Of a stretch of DNA of 64,000 bases, positions 38,501 to 52,483 are shown piece after piece (position 1 is the first letter of the stretch; each line of letters begins with the position of its first letter). The DNA is taken from assembly GCA_038087875.1 (NCBI GenBank), contig CM075995.1:8186001-8250000 (forward strand), read 5' to 3'. The translations under genes and the position numbers were made by a program. This stretch comes from Malacoraja senta (Eukaryota). The notes below the pieces were generated by a model. The model was not told where the DNA came from. It worked only from the letters and a program-made list of their open reading frames with translations, and made no database searches.

Positions 38501-41185
38501 GTTTGCGGAATTCTCCTGTGCTATCATAGTTGATGACATTCTAGTTTATGGCCGCGATGCCACCAAGCACGATGCCAACCTATGTAAAGTACTGGACCGT
38601 GCCAGAGATATCAACTTAAAGCTGAACCCCCTTAAATGCAAGTTCAGGGTTCTGAAGTCACTTACGTAGGTCACGTGTTCACTAGCAACGGACTAAAACC
38701 AGACCCACTGAAGACTGCAGCAATCAACGAGCTGCCGGTACCAACTGACGTCACCAGCCTGCAACGATTTCTAGGCATGGTCAACTACTTGGGAAAGTTC
38801 ATCCCCAATCTCAGCGAAACCGGAAGTGGCGGTGCTGCTTTAGCAGCTGCGGCTCGCCTGCACTCCGTCTGTTTTTTCTTTTTGTTGTTGTTTTCTTTTG
38901 TCCTATTTTAGTTAATTTTAGTTTATTAGGTTGTGTATGTGTGGAGGGGATGGGGGGTGGGAGAAACATGTTTTTGGTCTCTTTCTTCGGGGGGGGTGCG
39001 ACTTTTTCTTGTCATATCCCCCGTTTCCGCCTCCGTCTGCGTTGAGGCCTAATGGCGGAGCTGGCGGCCTCGGGGCTGTGGCGGCGGCGGCGACCCGACT
39101 TCGGAGCTGTGGCGGCGTTCCGGCGGCGGTGGCCCAACTGCGGAGCTGTGGCGGCGTTCCAGCGGCGGCGGCCCAACTGCGGAGCTGTGCCAGCGTTCCG
39201 GAGGCGGTGACCCAACTTCGGAGGCTCGGCTGCGGGTCCAGTGGACGACATCGTCGGGAGCTCGCAGGTCACAGGTTGATGACCTGTTTTTCTGGAGCTC
39301 CCGCAACAACAGCTTCGTCCGCTGGACTGGAGGGCGGCAGCTTCGGATCGCCCCAGCGCAGAGGGAGAACAAGGAGGGATGAGACAAAAACTTTAAGACG
39401 TTTGCCTTCCATCACAGTGAGGAGGTGCCTGGTGAACTCACTGTGGTGGATGTTAAATTTGTGTTTATTGTGTGTTTTTGTTATTTTTATTATATGTATG
39501 ACTGCAAGGTACGAAATTTCGTTCAGACCGAAAGGTCTGAATGACAATAAAGGATACTTGACTTTGACTATCAGCCCCACTACGTCAACTAACCCAAAAG
39601 GACAACACCTGGTCCTGGTACCCAAACCACCAGTGAGCTTTTGAGACTTTAAAACTACAGCTCGCTGGTGCACAGACTCTGTCTTACTTTAACCTCAACC
39701 TGTCAGTTACAATCACCTGCGACGCATCCCAGTATGGACTAGGCGCTGCATGTCTGCAGACCTCTTTCAACGGCGATGTTTTGCCGGTATCCTACACTTC
39801 CAGAACACTAATGGGTACCGAACAGCGCTATGCCCAGATAGAAAAAGAGCTGCTTGCCGTGGTTTTTGCCTGCTCCGAATCCAAAGACTTCATTTTTGGC
39901 AAAACCTTCACGGTAGAAACTGATCATCAACCTCTAGTCACAATCCTGAACAAGCCAATCCACGCTGCCCCAGCAAGGCTTCAACGCATGATGATGCAGC
40001 TACAACAGTTCGACTCCCGCATTGTCTACAAAAAAGGTAAAGACATGCACATCGCAGACACTCTATCCCGGGCACCACGCGCCACCAGCGAACAACATCC
40101 TTATGAACGTGAGGAATTCTCTGTTCTAAAAGTTTCCTTTGTTCCAACTGACCGCCTGCGCCGCCTCGCCAAACACACTGCCATGGATAAAACCTCCCAG
40201 CTGCTAACATCTATCATTAAAGGCAGATGGCCAAACAAACAATCCAACACTCCCGCTGAACTAAAACCCTACTTCCTGGTACGTGACGAACTTGTGCTAC
40301 AGGACGGAGTGATCGTAAAGGGTCACAAGACGAACATCCCCCCTCTCTACATAAAGGAGTACTACGAGGAGATCCATGGTGGCCACCCAGGTGTTGAGGC
40401 CACCCTACAACACGCCAAAGAAATGATTTACTGGCCCGGAATGACCAAGTATATTCGGGAAAAAACTGAGTCATGCGCGATCTGCAACAGGCAAGCGCCA
40501 CACCAGCAGAAACAAACACTGCTGTCCCAACCGGCTCCCTCCCTACCATGGTCGTCCGTGGCTGCCGATATCTTCGATTGGCACGGGAAACACTATCTCG
40601 TGTTGGTGGACTCGTACTTGAGTTGGTTCGAAATTGATTTTCTACCAACCATCTCCTCAGAACTAGTCATCCTGAAACTCCGTCAGTACTTCTCCGTACA
40701 TGGCATTGTAGCCCGCCTTCAGACTGACAACGGGACACAATTCTCCAGCCAAAGGTTCAGACTTTGCCAAACGCTGGAACTTTAAACATGTCACCAGCAG
40801 CCCAGAGTACCCACAGTCCAACGGACTTGCCGAACGCGCTGTGCGCAGCGCTAAACAACTTATGGAACGGTTCTTCCTGGCTAAATCTGATGTCTACCTA
40901 GACCTGTTGAACCTGAGGAATATTGCCAGAGACTCTCCAGCCCAACGACTGATGTCCCGGTGGACAAGACCTCCACTGCCTGTGACTCAGGATCACTTAA
41001 AGCCCAAAGTTCTCTGCCCCGCTGTAATTCAAACGCACGTACAAATCCAATCGAGACGCGCAGAAACGTGCTTACGACAAAACCAGCAAGCCACTGAAGC
41101 CACTAATCCAAGGCCAAGTGGTTCGTTTACAGACAAAGGACAGACCAAACTGGGGTTCATCCATGGCCCCGCTAAAGAGCCACGA
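35591..41185 (+). mobile_element. Degenerate Ty3/Gypsy LTR retrotransposon (right copy) with uninterrupted 5' LTR
   Basis: LTR 35591-35794 (TGTA..TACA, AATAAA), PBS tggtgtcaga at 35795, gag ATG 35886, Zn knuckle CHNCKKPNHFANCC, VDTGA, IVDD, CDASQYGLG, integrase HGGHPG..CAIC and DDE core; 3'-truncated. Confidence 0.94.
35795..35810 (+). promoter_or_regulatory. Primer binding site (probably tRNA-Leu type)
   Basis: TGGTGTCAGA directly after the LTR-terminal CA. Confidence 0.65.
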
Positions 41186-41429
41186 TCCTCCCCCCTCCCC
41201 CCTCCCCCCACATAAAACAAACCGAAGAACATTAAAACAAAACTTTTAACAAACTAAAAAATACCAAAAAGATTGTGAAAAGACGAACAGACTGCTGGCA
41301 GGGCAGCCATCTCCCCGGCACCCCTGGTGGTAAGATGCAGTGAGATTTCTATTGAGCAGATGACTAACAAAACTACAGTGGATGCGGAGAGGATGTTTCC
41401 ACTAGTGGGAGAGTCTGGGACTGGAGGTT

Positions 41430-44172
41430 ATAGATACATAGAAAATAGGTGCAGGAGTAGGCCATTCGGCCCTTCGAGCCTGCACCGCCATTCAATATGA
41501 TCATGACTGATCATCCAACTAAGTATCCCGTACCTGCCTTCTCTCCATACCCCCTGATCCCTTTAGCCACAAGGGCCACATCTAACTCCCTCTTAAATAT
41601 AGCCAATGAACTGGCCTCAACTACCCTCTGTGGCAGAGAGTTCCAGAGATTCACCACTCTCTGTGTGAAAAAGTTTTTTCTCATCTCGGTCTTAAAGGAT
41701 TTCCCCCTTATGCTTAAGCTGTGACCCCTTGTCCTGGACTTCCCCAACATCGGGAACAATCTTCCTGCATCTAGCCTGTCCAACCCCATAAGAATTTTTA
41801 CGTTTCTATAAGATCCCCTCTCAATCTCCTAAATTCTAGCGAGTATAAGCCAAGTCTATCCAGTCTTTCTTCATATGAAAGTCCTGACATCCCAGGAATC
41901 AGTCTGGTGAACCTTCTCTGCACTCCCTCTATGGCTATAATGTCCTTCCTCAGATTTGGAGACCAAAACTGTACGCAATACTCCAGGTGTGGTCTCACCA
42001 AGACCCTGTACAACTGCAGTAGAACCTCCCTGCTCCTATACTCAAATCCTTTTGCTATGAAAGCTAACATACCATTCGCTTTCTTCGCTGCCTGCTGCAC
42101 CTGCATGCCTACTTTCAATGACTGGTGTACCATGACACCCAGGTCTCGCTGCATCTCCCCTTTTCCTAATCGGCCACCATTTAGATAATAGTCTCCTTTC
42201 CTGTTTTTGCCACCAAAGTGGATAACCTCACATTTATCCACATTATACTGCATCTGCCAAACATTTGCCCACTCACCCAGCCTATCCAAGTCACCTTGCA
42301 GTCTCCTAGCATCCTCCTCACAGCTAACACTGCCCCCCAGCTTAGTGTCATCCGCAAACTTGGAGATGTTGCCTTCAATTCCCTCATCCAGGTCATTAAT
42401 ATAAATTGTAAATAGCTGGGGTCCCAGCACTGAGCCTTGCGGTACCCCACTAGTCACTGCCTGCCATTGTGAAAAGGACCCGTTTACTCCTACTCTTTGC
42501 TTCCTGTTTGCCAGCCAGTTCTCTATCCACATCAATACTGAACCCCCAATACCGTGTGCTTTAAGTTTGTATAGTAATCTCTTATGTGGGACCTTGTCGA
42601 AAGCCTTCTGAAAGTCCAGATACAACACATCCACTGGTTCTCCCCTATCAACTCTACTAGTTACATCCTCGAAAAATTCTATAAGATTCGTCAGACATGA
42701 TTTACCTTTCATAAATCCATGCTGACTAACTGGTCTGTAATTCCCCGTTTTCTCTCTCCCTCCCTTCTTAAAAAGTGGGATTACGTTTGCTACCCTCCAA
42801 TCATCAGGAACTACTCCAGAATCTAAAGAGTTTTGAAAAATTATCACTAATGCATCCACTATTTCTGGAGCTACTTCCTTAAGTACTCTGGGATGCAGCC
42901 TATCTGGCCCTTGTGATTTATCGACCTTTAATCCATTCAATTTACCCAACATCACTTCCCGACTAACCTGGATTTCACTCAGTTCCTCCATCTCCTTTGA
43001 CCCGCGGTCCCCTGCTATTTCCGGCAGATTATTTATGTCTTCCTTAGTGAAGACGGAACCAAAGTAGTTATTCAATTGGTCCACCATAACCTTGTTCCCC
43101 ATGATCAATTCACCTGTTTCTGACTGCAAGGGACCTACATTTGTTTTAACTAATCTCTTTCTCTTCACATATCTATACAAACTTTTGCAGTCAGTTTTTA
43201 TGTTCCCTGCCCATTTTCTTTCATAATCTATTTTCCCTTTCCTAATTAAGCCCTTTGTCCTCCTCTGCTGGTCTCTGAATTTCTCCCAGTCCTCTGGTAT
43301 GCTGCTTTTTCTGGCTAATTTGTACGTATCATCTTTTGCTTTGATACTATCCCTGATTTCCCTTGTTATCCACGGATGCACTACCTTCCCTGATTTATTC
43401 TTTTGCCAAACTGGGATGAACCATTTTTGTAGTTCATCCATGCAGTCTTTAAATGCCTTCCATTGCATATCCACCGTCAACCCTTTTAGAACTAATTGCC
43501 AGTCAATCTTGGCCAATTCACGTCTCATACCCTCAAAGTTACCTTTCTTTAAGTTCAGAACCGTTGTTTCTGAATTAACAATGTCACTCTCCATCCTAAT
43601 GAAGAACTCAACCATATTATGGTCACTCTTGCCCAAGGGGGCACGCACAACTAGACTGCTAACTAACCCTTCCTCATTACTCAATACCCAGTCTAGAGTA
43701 GCCTGCTCTCTCGTTGGTTCCTCTACATGTTGGTTTAGATAACTATCAAGCATACATTCCAAGAAATCCTCTTCCTCAGCACCCCTGCCAATTTGATTCA
43801 CCCAATCTATATGTAGATTGAAGTCACCCATTATAACTGTTTTGCCTCTGTTGCACGCATTTCTAATTTCCTGTTTGATGCCATCCCCAACTTCACTACT
43901 ACTGCTAGGTGGCCTGTACACAACACCCACCAGCGTTTTCTGCCCCTTAGTGTTTCGCAGCTCTACCCATACCGATTCCACATCCTCCAAGCTAATGTCC
44001 TTCATTTCCACTGCGTTAATCTCCTCTCTAACCAGCAACGCTACCCCACCTCCTTTTCATTTCTCTCTATCCCTCCTGAATATTGAATATCCCTGGATGT
44101 TCAGCTCCCAGCCTTGGTCACCCTGGACCCATGTCTCCGTGATCCCAACTATATCATGATCATTAATAGCTA
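41430..44172 (-). mobile_element. 5'-truncated CR1 LINE (mirror of 3063-5830)
   Basis: 746-aa APE-RT ORF 41798..44038 with an in-frame deletion (YRPVS|QHGF); shares the gaaaTGAaaa stop with the left copy. Confidence 0.97.
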
Positions 44173-45369
44173 TTATAGCCTCAGAATTACAGGACGTTCC
44201 TTTAGGAAGATGGGGAGGAATTTATTTAGTCAGAGGGTGGTGAATCTGTGGAAGTCATTGCCACAGAAGGCAGTGGAGGCCACATCAATGGATATTTTTA
44301 AAGCAGAAATAGATAGATTCTTGATTAGTGCGGGGGTCAGGGGTTATGGGGAGAAGGCAGGGGAATGGTGTTAGGAACGATAGATCAGCCATGATTGAGT
44401 GGCGGAGCAGACTTGATGGGCCGAATGGTCTAATTCTGCTCCTATCACTTATGACCTAATGACATGAACAATCCTGGGGGAGAAAACCATCTTTCCAGAA
44501 ATGGTCCATGATTCACGACTAATGGTCACAGAAACTAAAATACTTGTGGGAAACATGCAACAGTTCACCGTTACCTGTGGCTCAAATTTTCCTGGTTTAC
44601 AAAATGATGATGACTGGATGACGTATATAAAGCGATTATTTACCTTAGCACGGAGATCAGTAAATAGGTATAGATTTAAGGTAATAGGTGGAAGGGTTAC
44701 CAAGGAGATCTGTAAATCTACAACTAAAGCCAAGAGAATCAAGAGTCAAGAGTGTTTTATTGTCATATGTCCCGAAACGGAACAAATAAATGCTTACATG
44801 CAGCAGCACAACAGATATGTAAACATAGTACTCTGTAAACGCAGTAAACAAAAGAAAAGTGCACTATGTACATATATAAACAATATGTTTTTACTGAACA
44901 CACACACACACAGGGGTCAGGGCTATGGGGAGAAGGCAGAAGAATGGAGTTAGGAGGGAGAGATAGATCAGCCATGATTGAATGGCGGAGTAGACTTGAC
45001 GGGTCCAATGGTTTAATTCTGCTCCTACAGACAATAGGTGCAGGAGTAGGCCATTCGGCCCTTCTAGCCAGCACTTCGAGCCAGCCTCCTATCACTAATG
45101 AACTTATGAACCCACACACAAACATAAGATAGACACAAAAAGCTGGAGTATCTCAGCGGGACAGGCAGCATGCCCGGAGAGAAGGAATGGATGACGTTTC
45201 AGGTCGAGTCTGAAGAAGGGTCTTGACCCAAAACGTCACCCATTCCTTCTCTCCAGAGATGCTGCCTGTCCTGCTGAGTTACTCCAGCTTTTTGTGCTTA
45301 TCTTCGGTATAAACCAGCATCTGCAGTTCCTTCCTACACACACACACATATATACTGTATATATACTGA

Positions 45370-45418
<49 letters not shown>

Positions 45419-47036
45419 CACACTGAACACACACATAAGCAAACAAAAAACAAAAACAGTGTAAAGACAACAACAAAAAATGGCCCCAAGTCTATGTGGT
45501 TCAGAGCTTATTTGGAGGTTGTAGTGTTTAATAGCCTGATGGTTGCAGGGAAGAAGCTGTTCCTGAACCTGAACTTTACAGTTTTCAGGCTCCTGTACCT
45601 TCTTCCCGATGGCAGGAGTGAAATGAGAGCGTGGCCAGGGTGGTGTGAGTCTCCGAAGATGCTGGCTGATGTTTTGAGGCAGCGACTCCTGCAGATCCCT
45701 TCGTTGGTGAGGTGGTCAGGACTTGTGATGGACTGGGCAGAGTTCACCACTCTTTGCCTGGGTCAAGACGAGATGGAGAGACCAGTGGAAGTTAGCGGAA
45801 CCATCTAGGCTACACCATTACATCAATGACCCCATGGACGTCCCTGGCCAGGACCTGCCCGAAAGCAGTGGACAACCCTCAACCGCTTGAGGACAGGCAT
45901 CAGACGCTATGGAGTAGCGATGAAGAGGTGGGGCCTCGTGGACAGCGCCTCCTGCGAGTGTGGGAACCCAACACAGACAGTGGAGCACATAGTCACCAGT
46001 TGCCCCAAACACCGGCCACCGAATGGTGAACGAGGTCTGATTGACCTGGACGATGACACGTTGGCCTGGCTCCCCTCAACAGAGCTGGAGGTCTAAAAGA
46101 CATACGACAGAAGAAGACCACTCTTTGCAATCTTCTTTGTTCCTGGGCGTTCAAGTTGCTAAACCAGGCTGTGTTCACGTTTAAAAATTACATGGTTGAA
46201 CTTTCAAGAGAGAGCTAGATAGGGCTCTTAAAGATAGCGGAGTCAGGGGATATGGGGAGAAGGCAGGAACGGGGTACTGATTGTGGATGATCAGCCATGA
46301 TCACATTGAATGGCGGTGCTGGCTCGAAGGGCCAAATGGCCTACTCCTGCACCTATTGTCTATTGAACACTAATACTCTATACTACAAGGGATGGGAAAT
46401 TCCACTTGACTTTTTCAATAGACAATAGGCGCAGTAGGCCATTTGGCCCTTCGTGCCAGCACCGCCATTCACAGTGATCATGGCTAATCATCCACAATCA
46501 GTACCCCGTTCCTGCCTTCGCCCCATATCCCTTGACTCCGCTATCTTCAAGAGCTCTATCTAACACTCTCTTGAAAGCATCCAGAGATTTGACCTCCACT
46601 GCCTTCTGAGGCAGAGAATTCCACAGATTCACAACTCTCTGGGTGAAAACGTTTTTCCTCATTTCCGTTCGAAATGGCCTACTCCTTATTCTTAAACTGT
46701 GGCCCCTGGTTCTGAACTCCCCCATCATTGGGAACATGTTTCCTGCCTCTAGCATGTCCAATCCCTTAATAATCTTATATGTTTCAATAAGATACCCTCT
46801 CATCCTTCTAAATTCCAGTGTATACAAGCCCAGTCGCTCCATTCTCTCAACATATGTCAGTTCCGCCATCCCGGGAATTAACCTCGTGAACCTATGCTGC
46901 ACCCCCTCAATGGCAAGAATGTCCCACCTCAAATTTGGAGACCACATTTTCATTTGATAATAGCCATAAATGTCCGTACTTCTTTAAGTGTATGATTTGT
47001 TGAATGTCTATTACACAAAGTAATAGTACAAAGTGG

Positions 47037-47358
47037 GTTTAGTTTAGTTTAGACATTTAGCGTGGAAACGGGCCCTTCAGCCCAACGAGTCCGCGCCGCC
47101 CAGCGATCCCCACGCACTAACACTACCCTACACACACTAGGGACAATTTTACATTTATAATCAAGCCAATTAACCTACAAACCTGTACGTCTTTGGAATG
47201 TGGGAGGAAACCGAAGATCTCGGGGAAAATCCACGCAGGTCACAGGGAGAACGTACAAACTCCGTACAGACAGCAGCACCCGTAGTCGGGATCAAACCCG
47301 GGTCTCTGGCGCTGCAAGCGCTGTAAGGCAGCAACTCTACCGCTGCGCCACCGTGCCA
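47037..47358 (-). mobile_element. HE1-like V-SINE, full length
   Basis: ggcacggtggcgcagcggtagag head, ccgggtttgatccc B box, ctaaactaaa tail. Further copies at ~48358-48650-, ~57367-57695+ and ~59200-59493-. Confidence 0.85.
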
Positions 47359-49599
47359 CCCTTGCTTTGATCTGACGTTTTCACACCGTACTCCTCCATA
47401 TCTCCAGTCTCCCTCTCCCCTGACTCTGTCTGAAAATGGGTCTCGACTCAAAACGTCACCTATCCCTTCTATCCAGAGACGCTGCCTGGCCCGCTGAGTT
47501 ATTCCAGCATTTTGTGTCTATCTTCAGTGTAAACCAGCATCTGCAGTTCCTCCCTACACATTCTGCGAGTTCCTCCAGCAGTTTTTGTTTGCTTATCTTT
47601 AATGCCATTAATGTAATGAAACTCGACAATTTAATGGTACCTTTCTATTGTATAATTATTTGAAATTGAAAAGAGGTCTTCACAATCCATTCACAAGTTA
47701 ATTTGTATTCAATTTATTAATAACAGATGTAGATCAACATTATTTGAGATGATTTGTTAATGAAATTCACTTAGAGTCATTGAGTTATACAGCTTCCTTC
47801 ACATAATGTCTGCCTTACAGCAATTAATTTTGCCTCTATTAATCTGGTGGGATTATGGACAAAACCTAAACAATTAATTTAATCAGTGGATTCAACTTTC
47901 TCTTTTCCTAATAGTGGCATCTTGGAGTGTGGGAATGCCTTTAGTTCATGGATTAAACTGATTACAAATACAATCAAATATTCTAGAGTTGACTCGCCTT
48001 CATTAAGTCGTCAGTCTGAAGGAGGTTTTCGTCTCCCAATGTCGTTTTGTGGACACAAAATGCTGGAGCAACTCAGCGGGTCAGGCAGCATCTCCGGAGA
48101 TAAGGAATAGGCGACGTTTCAGGTCAGAACCCTTCTTCAGAAACCCGAAACGTCACCTACTCCTTCTCTCCAGAGATGCTGCCTGTCCCGCTGAGTTACT
48201 CCAGCATTTTGTGTCCATCTTCGGTATAGACCAGCCTCTGTAGTTCCTTCCTTCACAATGTCATTTGACCAATTTTTCCACCAGATTCTGCCCGACACGC
48301 TGAGTTCCTCCAGTATTTTGTGTTTTCTCAAGATTCCAGTATCAGCATTCTATTTTTGTTTAGTTTGGAGATACAGCGCGGAAACAGGCCCTTCGGCCCA
48401 CCGAGTCCGCACGACCAGCCATCTCCGCACATTAACACAAGCCTACACTCACAAGGGACAATTTACATTTATACCAAGTATACAATTTATACACATAAGA
48501 CAATTAACCTACAAACCTGGAGTGTGGGAGGAAACCAAGTATCTCGGAGAAAACCAACGCAGTCAGCACCTGTAGTCGGGATCGAACCCAGGTCTCCGGC
48601 GCTGCAGCAAGCGCTGTAAGGCAGCGACTCTACCGCTGCGCCACCGTGCCGGCCATTCTTTGACACATGCTGACCAAGATGCCCCATCTAAGCTGGTCCC
48701 ATTTGCCCGCATTTAGCCCATATCATTAAGCCTTTCCCATCCATGTGCCCCTGTCCAAGTGTAGTACCTGCCTCAACCATCTCCTCTGGTAGCTTGTTCC
48801 ATACACCCATCACCCTTCATGTCAAAAAGTTGCCCGTCAGATTCCTGTAAAATCTATCCCTTCTCTCAAATAGCTAATATTGCACCATTTTCTAATTTTT
48901 TCCCCCCTCAGAAACAGCTTCTTCCCCTCTGCTATCAAGCTTCTGAACAGAATTCCTTCCATCAGCTTGAATGCTGTTTGATTCACCTCGTCCCCATTTA
49001 CAGTTCAGTTTAGTTTATTGTCACATGTACCGAGGTACAGTGAAAAGCATCTCTTGCGTGCTATCTGGCCAGTGAAAAGACTAAAGATGATTACAATCGA
49101 GCCGTCCACAGTGTACTGATACATGATAAAGGGAATAACATTTAGTGCAAGCTAATGTCCAGAAAAGTTTAAAGATAGTCCAAATGTCTCCCTTGAGGTA
49201 GATAGTAGTTCAGGCCCGCTCTCTGGTTGTCGATTGGATGGTTCAGTTGCCTGATAACAGCTGGGAAGAAACTGTCCCTGAATCTGGAGGCGTGCGTTTT
49301 CACACTTCTACACCTTTTGCCCGTTGTGAGAGGGGAGAAGAGGGAGTGGGCAAGGTGCGACTCGTCCTCGATTATGCTGCTGGCCTTGCCGAGGCGTCGT
49401 GAGGTTTAACGCTGGTTACGACATTGGACTTTGTCCAAGGAACTGATGTACTACAATTCTGAGAACAGTACGGGGTCAGGGGTTATGGGGAGAAGGCAGG
49501 AGAATGGGGTTAGGAAGGTGAGATAGATCACCCATGATTGAATGGTGGAGTAGACTTGATGGGCCGAATGGCCTAATTCTACTCCTATCACATATGATC

Positions 49600-50415
49600 T
49601 TGAATGAATGAATATGTTTATTGGCCAAGTATATTCACATACAAGGAATTTGCTTTGGTGCTCCGCCCGCAAGTGACAACATGACATACAGTGACAGTTA
49701 GGAATGACACATCAAATATTAAACATTAATAATAAAACATTATCGATTAAACATGTGAATTAAATGAAATACCAGAGCAAGAGGCTAGTTTTTTGGTTAT
49801 TGAGTAGAGCTACTACTCGTGGATAAAAACAGTTTTTATGTCTGGCTGTGGCACCTTAGACAGTCCGGAGTCGCCTTCCAGAGGGAAGTGATTCAAAGAG
49901 TTTGTGGCAGGGTGAGAGAGGTCAGAGATGATCTTACCCGCTCGCTTCCTGGCCCTTACAGTGTACAGTTCGTCAAATGAGGGAAGGTTGCAGCCAATAA
50001 CCTTCTCAGCTGATCGGACGAGTCGCTGCAGCCTACGGATGTCGTGCTTGGTGGCTGAGCCAAACCAGACCACGATGGAGAAGGTGAGGACAGACTCTAC
50101 GATGGTCATATAGAATTGGACCATCATTGCCTGTGGCAGATTGTGCTTCCTCAGCTGCTGCAGGAAGTACATCCTCTGTTGTGCCTTTTTGACTGTGGAG
50201 TCGATGGTAGTCCCCCCTCCCCCATTTAAGGTCCTTGGAGATGATGGTTCCCAGGAACTTAAAAGACTCCACAGGTGTGACTGTGGTGTTGTTGATGGTG
50301 AGTGGGGTGAGGGGAGGGGGAGCTCTCCTGAAGTCTACAATCAATTCCACTGTCTTAAGAGCATTGAGCTCCAGGTTGTTGCGATGGCACCACAACGCCA
50401 GCTGTGTCACTTTCA
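49600..50415 (-). mobile_element. Rex1/L2-type non-LTR retrotransposon fragment
   Basis: WCHRNNLELNALKTVELIVDFRR..SFKFLG; MYFLQQLRK..IVESVLTFSIVVWFGS; ends in ccaataaa(cattc)-like tail. Confidence 0.8.
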
Positions 50416-50984
50416 TGGTGCAGTCATTGGTGTATATGACTGCACCATGAACTTATGAACTTCAGGTGCCATCGACTCCGCAGGGAAACCGGCCGTTCCA
50501 GCCGCTGCGAGGACTCTCGCGACGGCCAGGAACATCGGGCCTCCGTAGAGGCAACTGTGGAGGCCTCATTGGGCCTGACTCTGGGGAGAACTGGGTTGGG
50601 GACTGGACATTGTGCCTTCCCCCACAGTGGTGGTCATTGTGGGGGGATGATTTTTGTGTGCTGTGCCTGTTAGTCTGTGTGTAAGATGGCGGTCGGAGGG
50701 GAGAGTGGACGCTGGCGCAAATTGGTCGCCGCTGCTCTCTCCTCAAATTGTGTTTCTTATTTTCTTTTTGTGCTTTTGAAATTGAATTCCGTCCTTGATT
50801 TGTGTATTGTGGTGTTTTTATATTTAATTTATTCCGATTATGTGTTTTGTATTTTTGTGATTCTATGCCTTGTAAGGTGTCCTTGGGTTTTAGAAAGGCG
50901 CCAGTAAATAAAATGAATTATTATTATTATTATTATATATCTGCATCTTTCCCTTTGTTCTAGTTTGAACTGATTGGATCAATC

Positions 50985-51480
50985 TATTAATTCCCGGGAT
51001 GGCGTATTCCCTAACAAGGTTCCCGCGATGGCGGGACTGTCCTATGCTGAGAGACTGGAGCAGCTGGGCTTGTACACTCTGGAGTTTAGAAGGATGAGAG
51101 GGCATCTCATTGAAACATATATGATTGTTAAGGGTTTGGACACGCTAGAGGCAGGAAACATGTTCCCGATGTTGGGGGAGTCCAGAACCAGGGGCCACAG
51201 TTTAAGAATAAGGGGTAAGCCATTTAGAACAGAGAAGAGGAAACACTTTTTCTCACAGAGAGTGGTGAGTCTGTGGAATTCTCTGCCTCAGAGGGCGGTG
51301 GAGGCAGGTTCTCTGGATGCTTTCAAGAGAGAGCTAGATAAGGCTCTTAAAAATAGCCGAGTCAGGGGATATGGGGAGAAGGCAGGAACGGGGTACTGAT
51401 TGGGGATGATCAGCCATGATCACATTGAACGGCGGTGCTGGCTCGAATGGCCTGTTCCTGCACCTATTGCCTATTGTCTA
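50985..51480 (+). mobile_element. CR1 3' fragment
   Basis: GLSYAERLEQLGLYTLEFRRMRG..TRGHSL..RVVSLWNSLP plus 3'UTR. Confidence 0.9.
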
Positions 51481-52483
51481 ATATCTGATCTGTTTGGATA
51501 GCGTGCAAAGAAAAACTTTTTACTGTTACCTCAGTACAAGTTGCAATAAACCTAAAACTAACCTAATATCTTCCAAGATGGTGCCCACCCCAGGCGACTG
51601 TTTGCATGCTGGCCACAGAAGCAGATCTACAATCACACATTACAATCGCTACACACTCTTAAATCTCTCCTCCTACAGCAACATTTCTCACTTTATCATG
51701 TATCTGTACAGTGGGGGTGGCTCGATTGTAATCATGTATTGTCTTTCTGCTGACCGGATAGCACATTGCTCAAGAAAGAACTGCAGATGCTGGAAAAACC
51801 GAAGGTAGAAAAAAATGCTGGAGAAACGCAGCGGGTGAGGCAGCATCTATGGAACGAAGGAATAGGTGGCGTTTTGGGTCGAGACCCTTCTTCAGACTTA
51901 AAAGCTTTTCACTGTACACGTGACAATAAACTAAAATAAAAATTAGGATCATCTCTGTGCAAGGAATTTTTACTTGCCTGGAAGGGACGTATATGGGAAG
52001 AGGGAAGGAATTCCCAAAACAGACCCTTCATAATATAAAATCCTATGAAGGAAAGGATGGAAATAAAGATTTATTCGGATATTGCTGCCTTGTGTCAAAA
52101 CAGAGCACTTCAACCATTCTACGAACATGCCATTAAAGATGGTATTCAAAATTCTTAACATTTTCAAGAAAATATAGGTAATCAGTACATAGAAAACCCC
52201 AAAATAGACAATATGGAAACAGAAAGTGGAAGAAAGACTCAGCAGGTCAGGCAGCGACCTTGGAGACTGGAACAGAGACAACGCTTCAAGTCCAGGATCC
52301 TTCATCAAATTCTCAAGCATCTGCAGTTTGTTATTTTTAATGCAGGGAGCAACTCAGACCTGGTTACAGGTGAAAATGTGGACTGGTGTAAAGGGCAGTT
52401 GTGGAACAGCATATTGGAGGTAGTGATAATTCAGTCAGGTTCAACACTTCTATGGAACAGGTCAAGGTAGATCCAGCGTTAAG

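Larger units (their letters stand above)
26101..47229 (-). repeat. Right arm of giant inverted duplication
   Basis: Collinear reverse complement of the left arm, including non-repetitive sequence (20240-21440 vs ~30810-32020). Confidence 0.97.
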
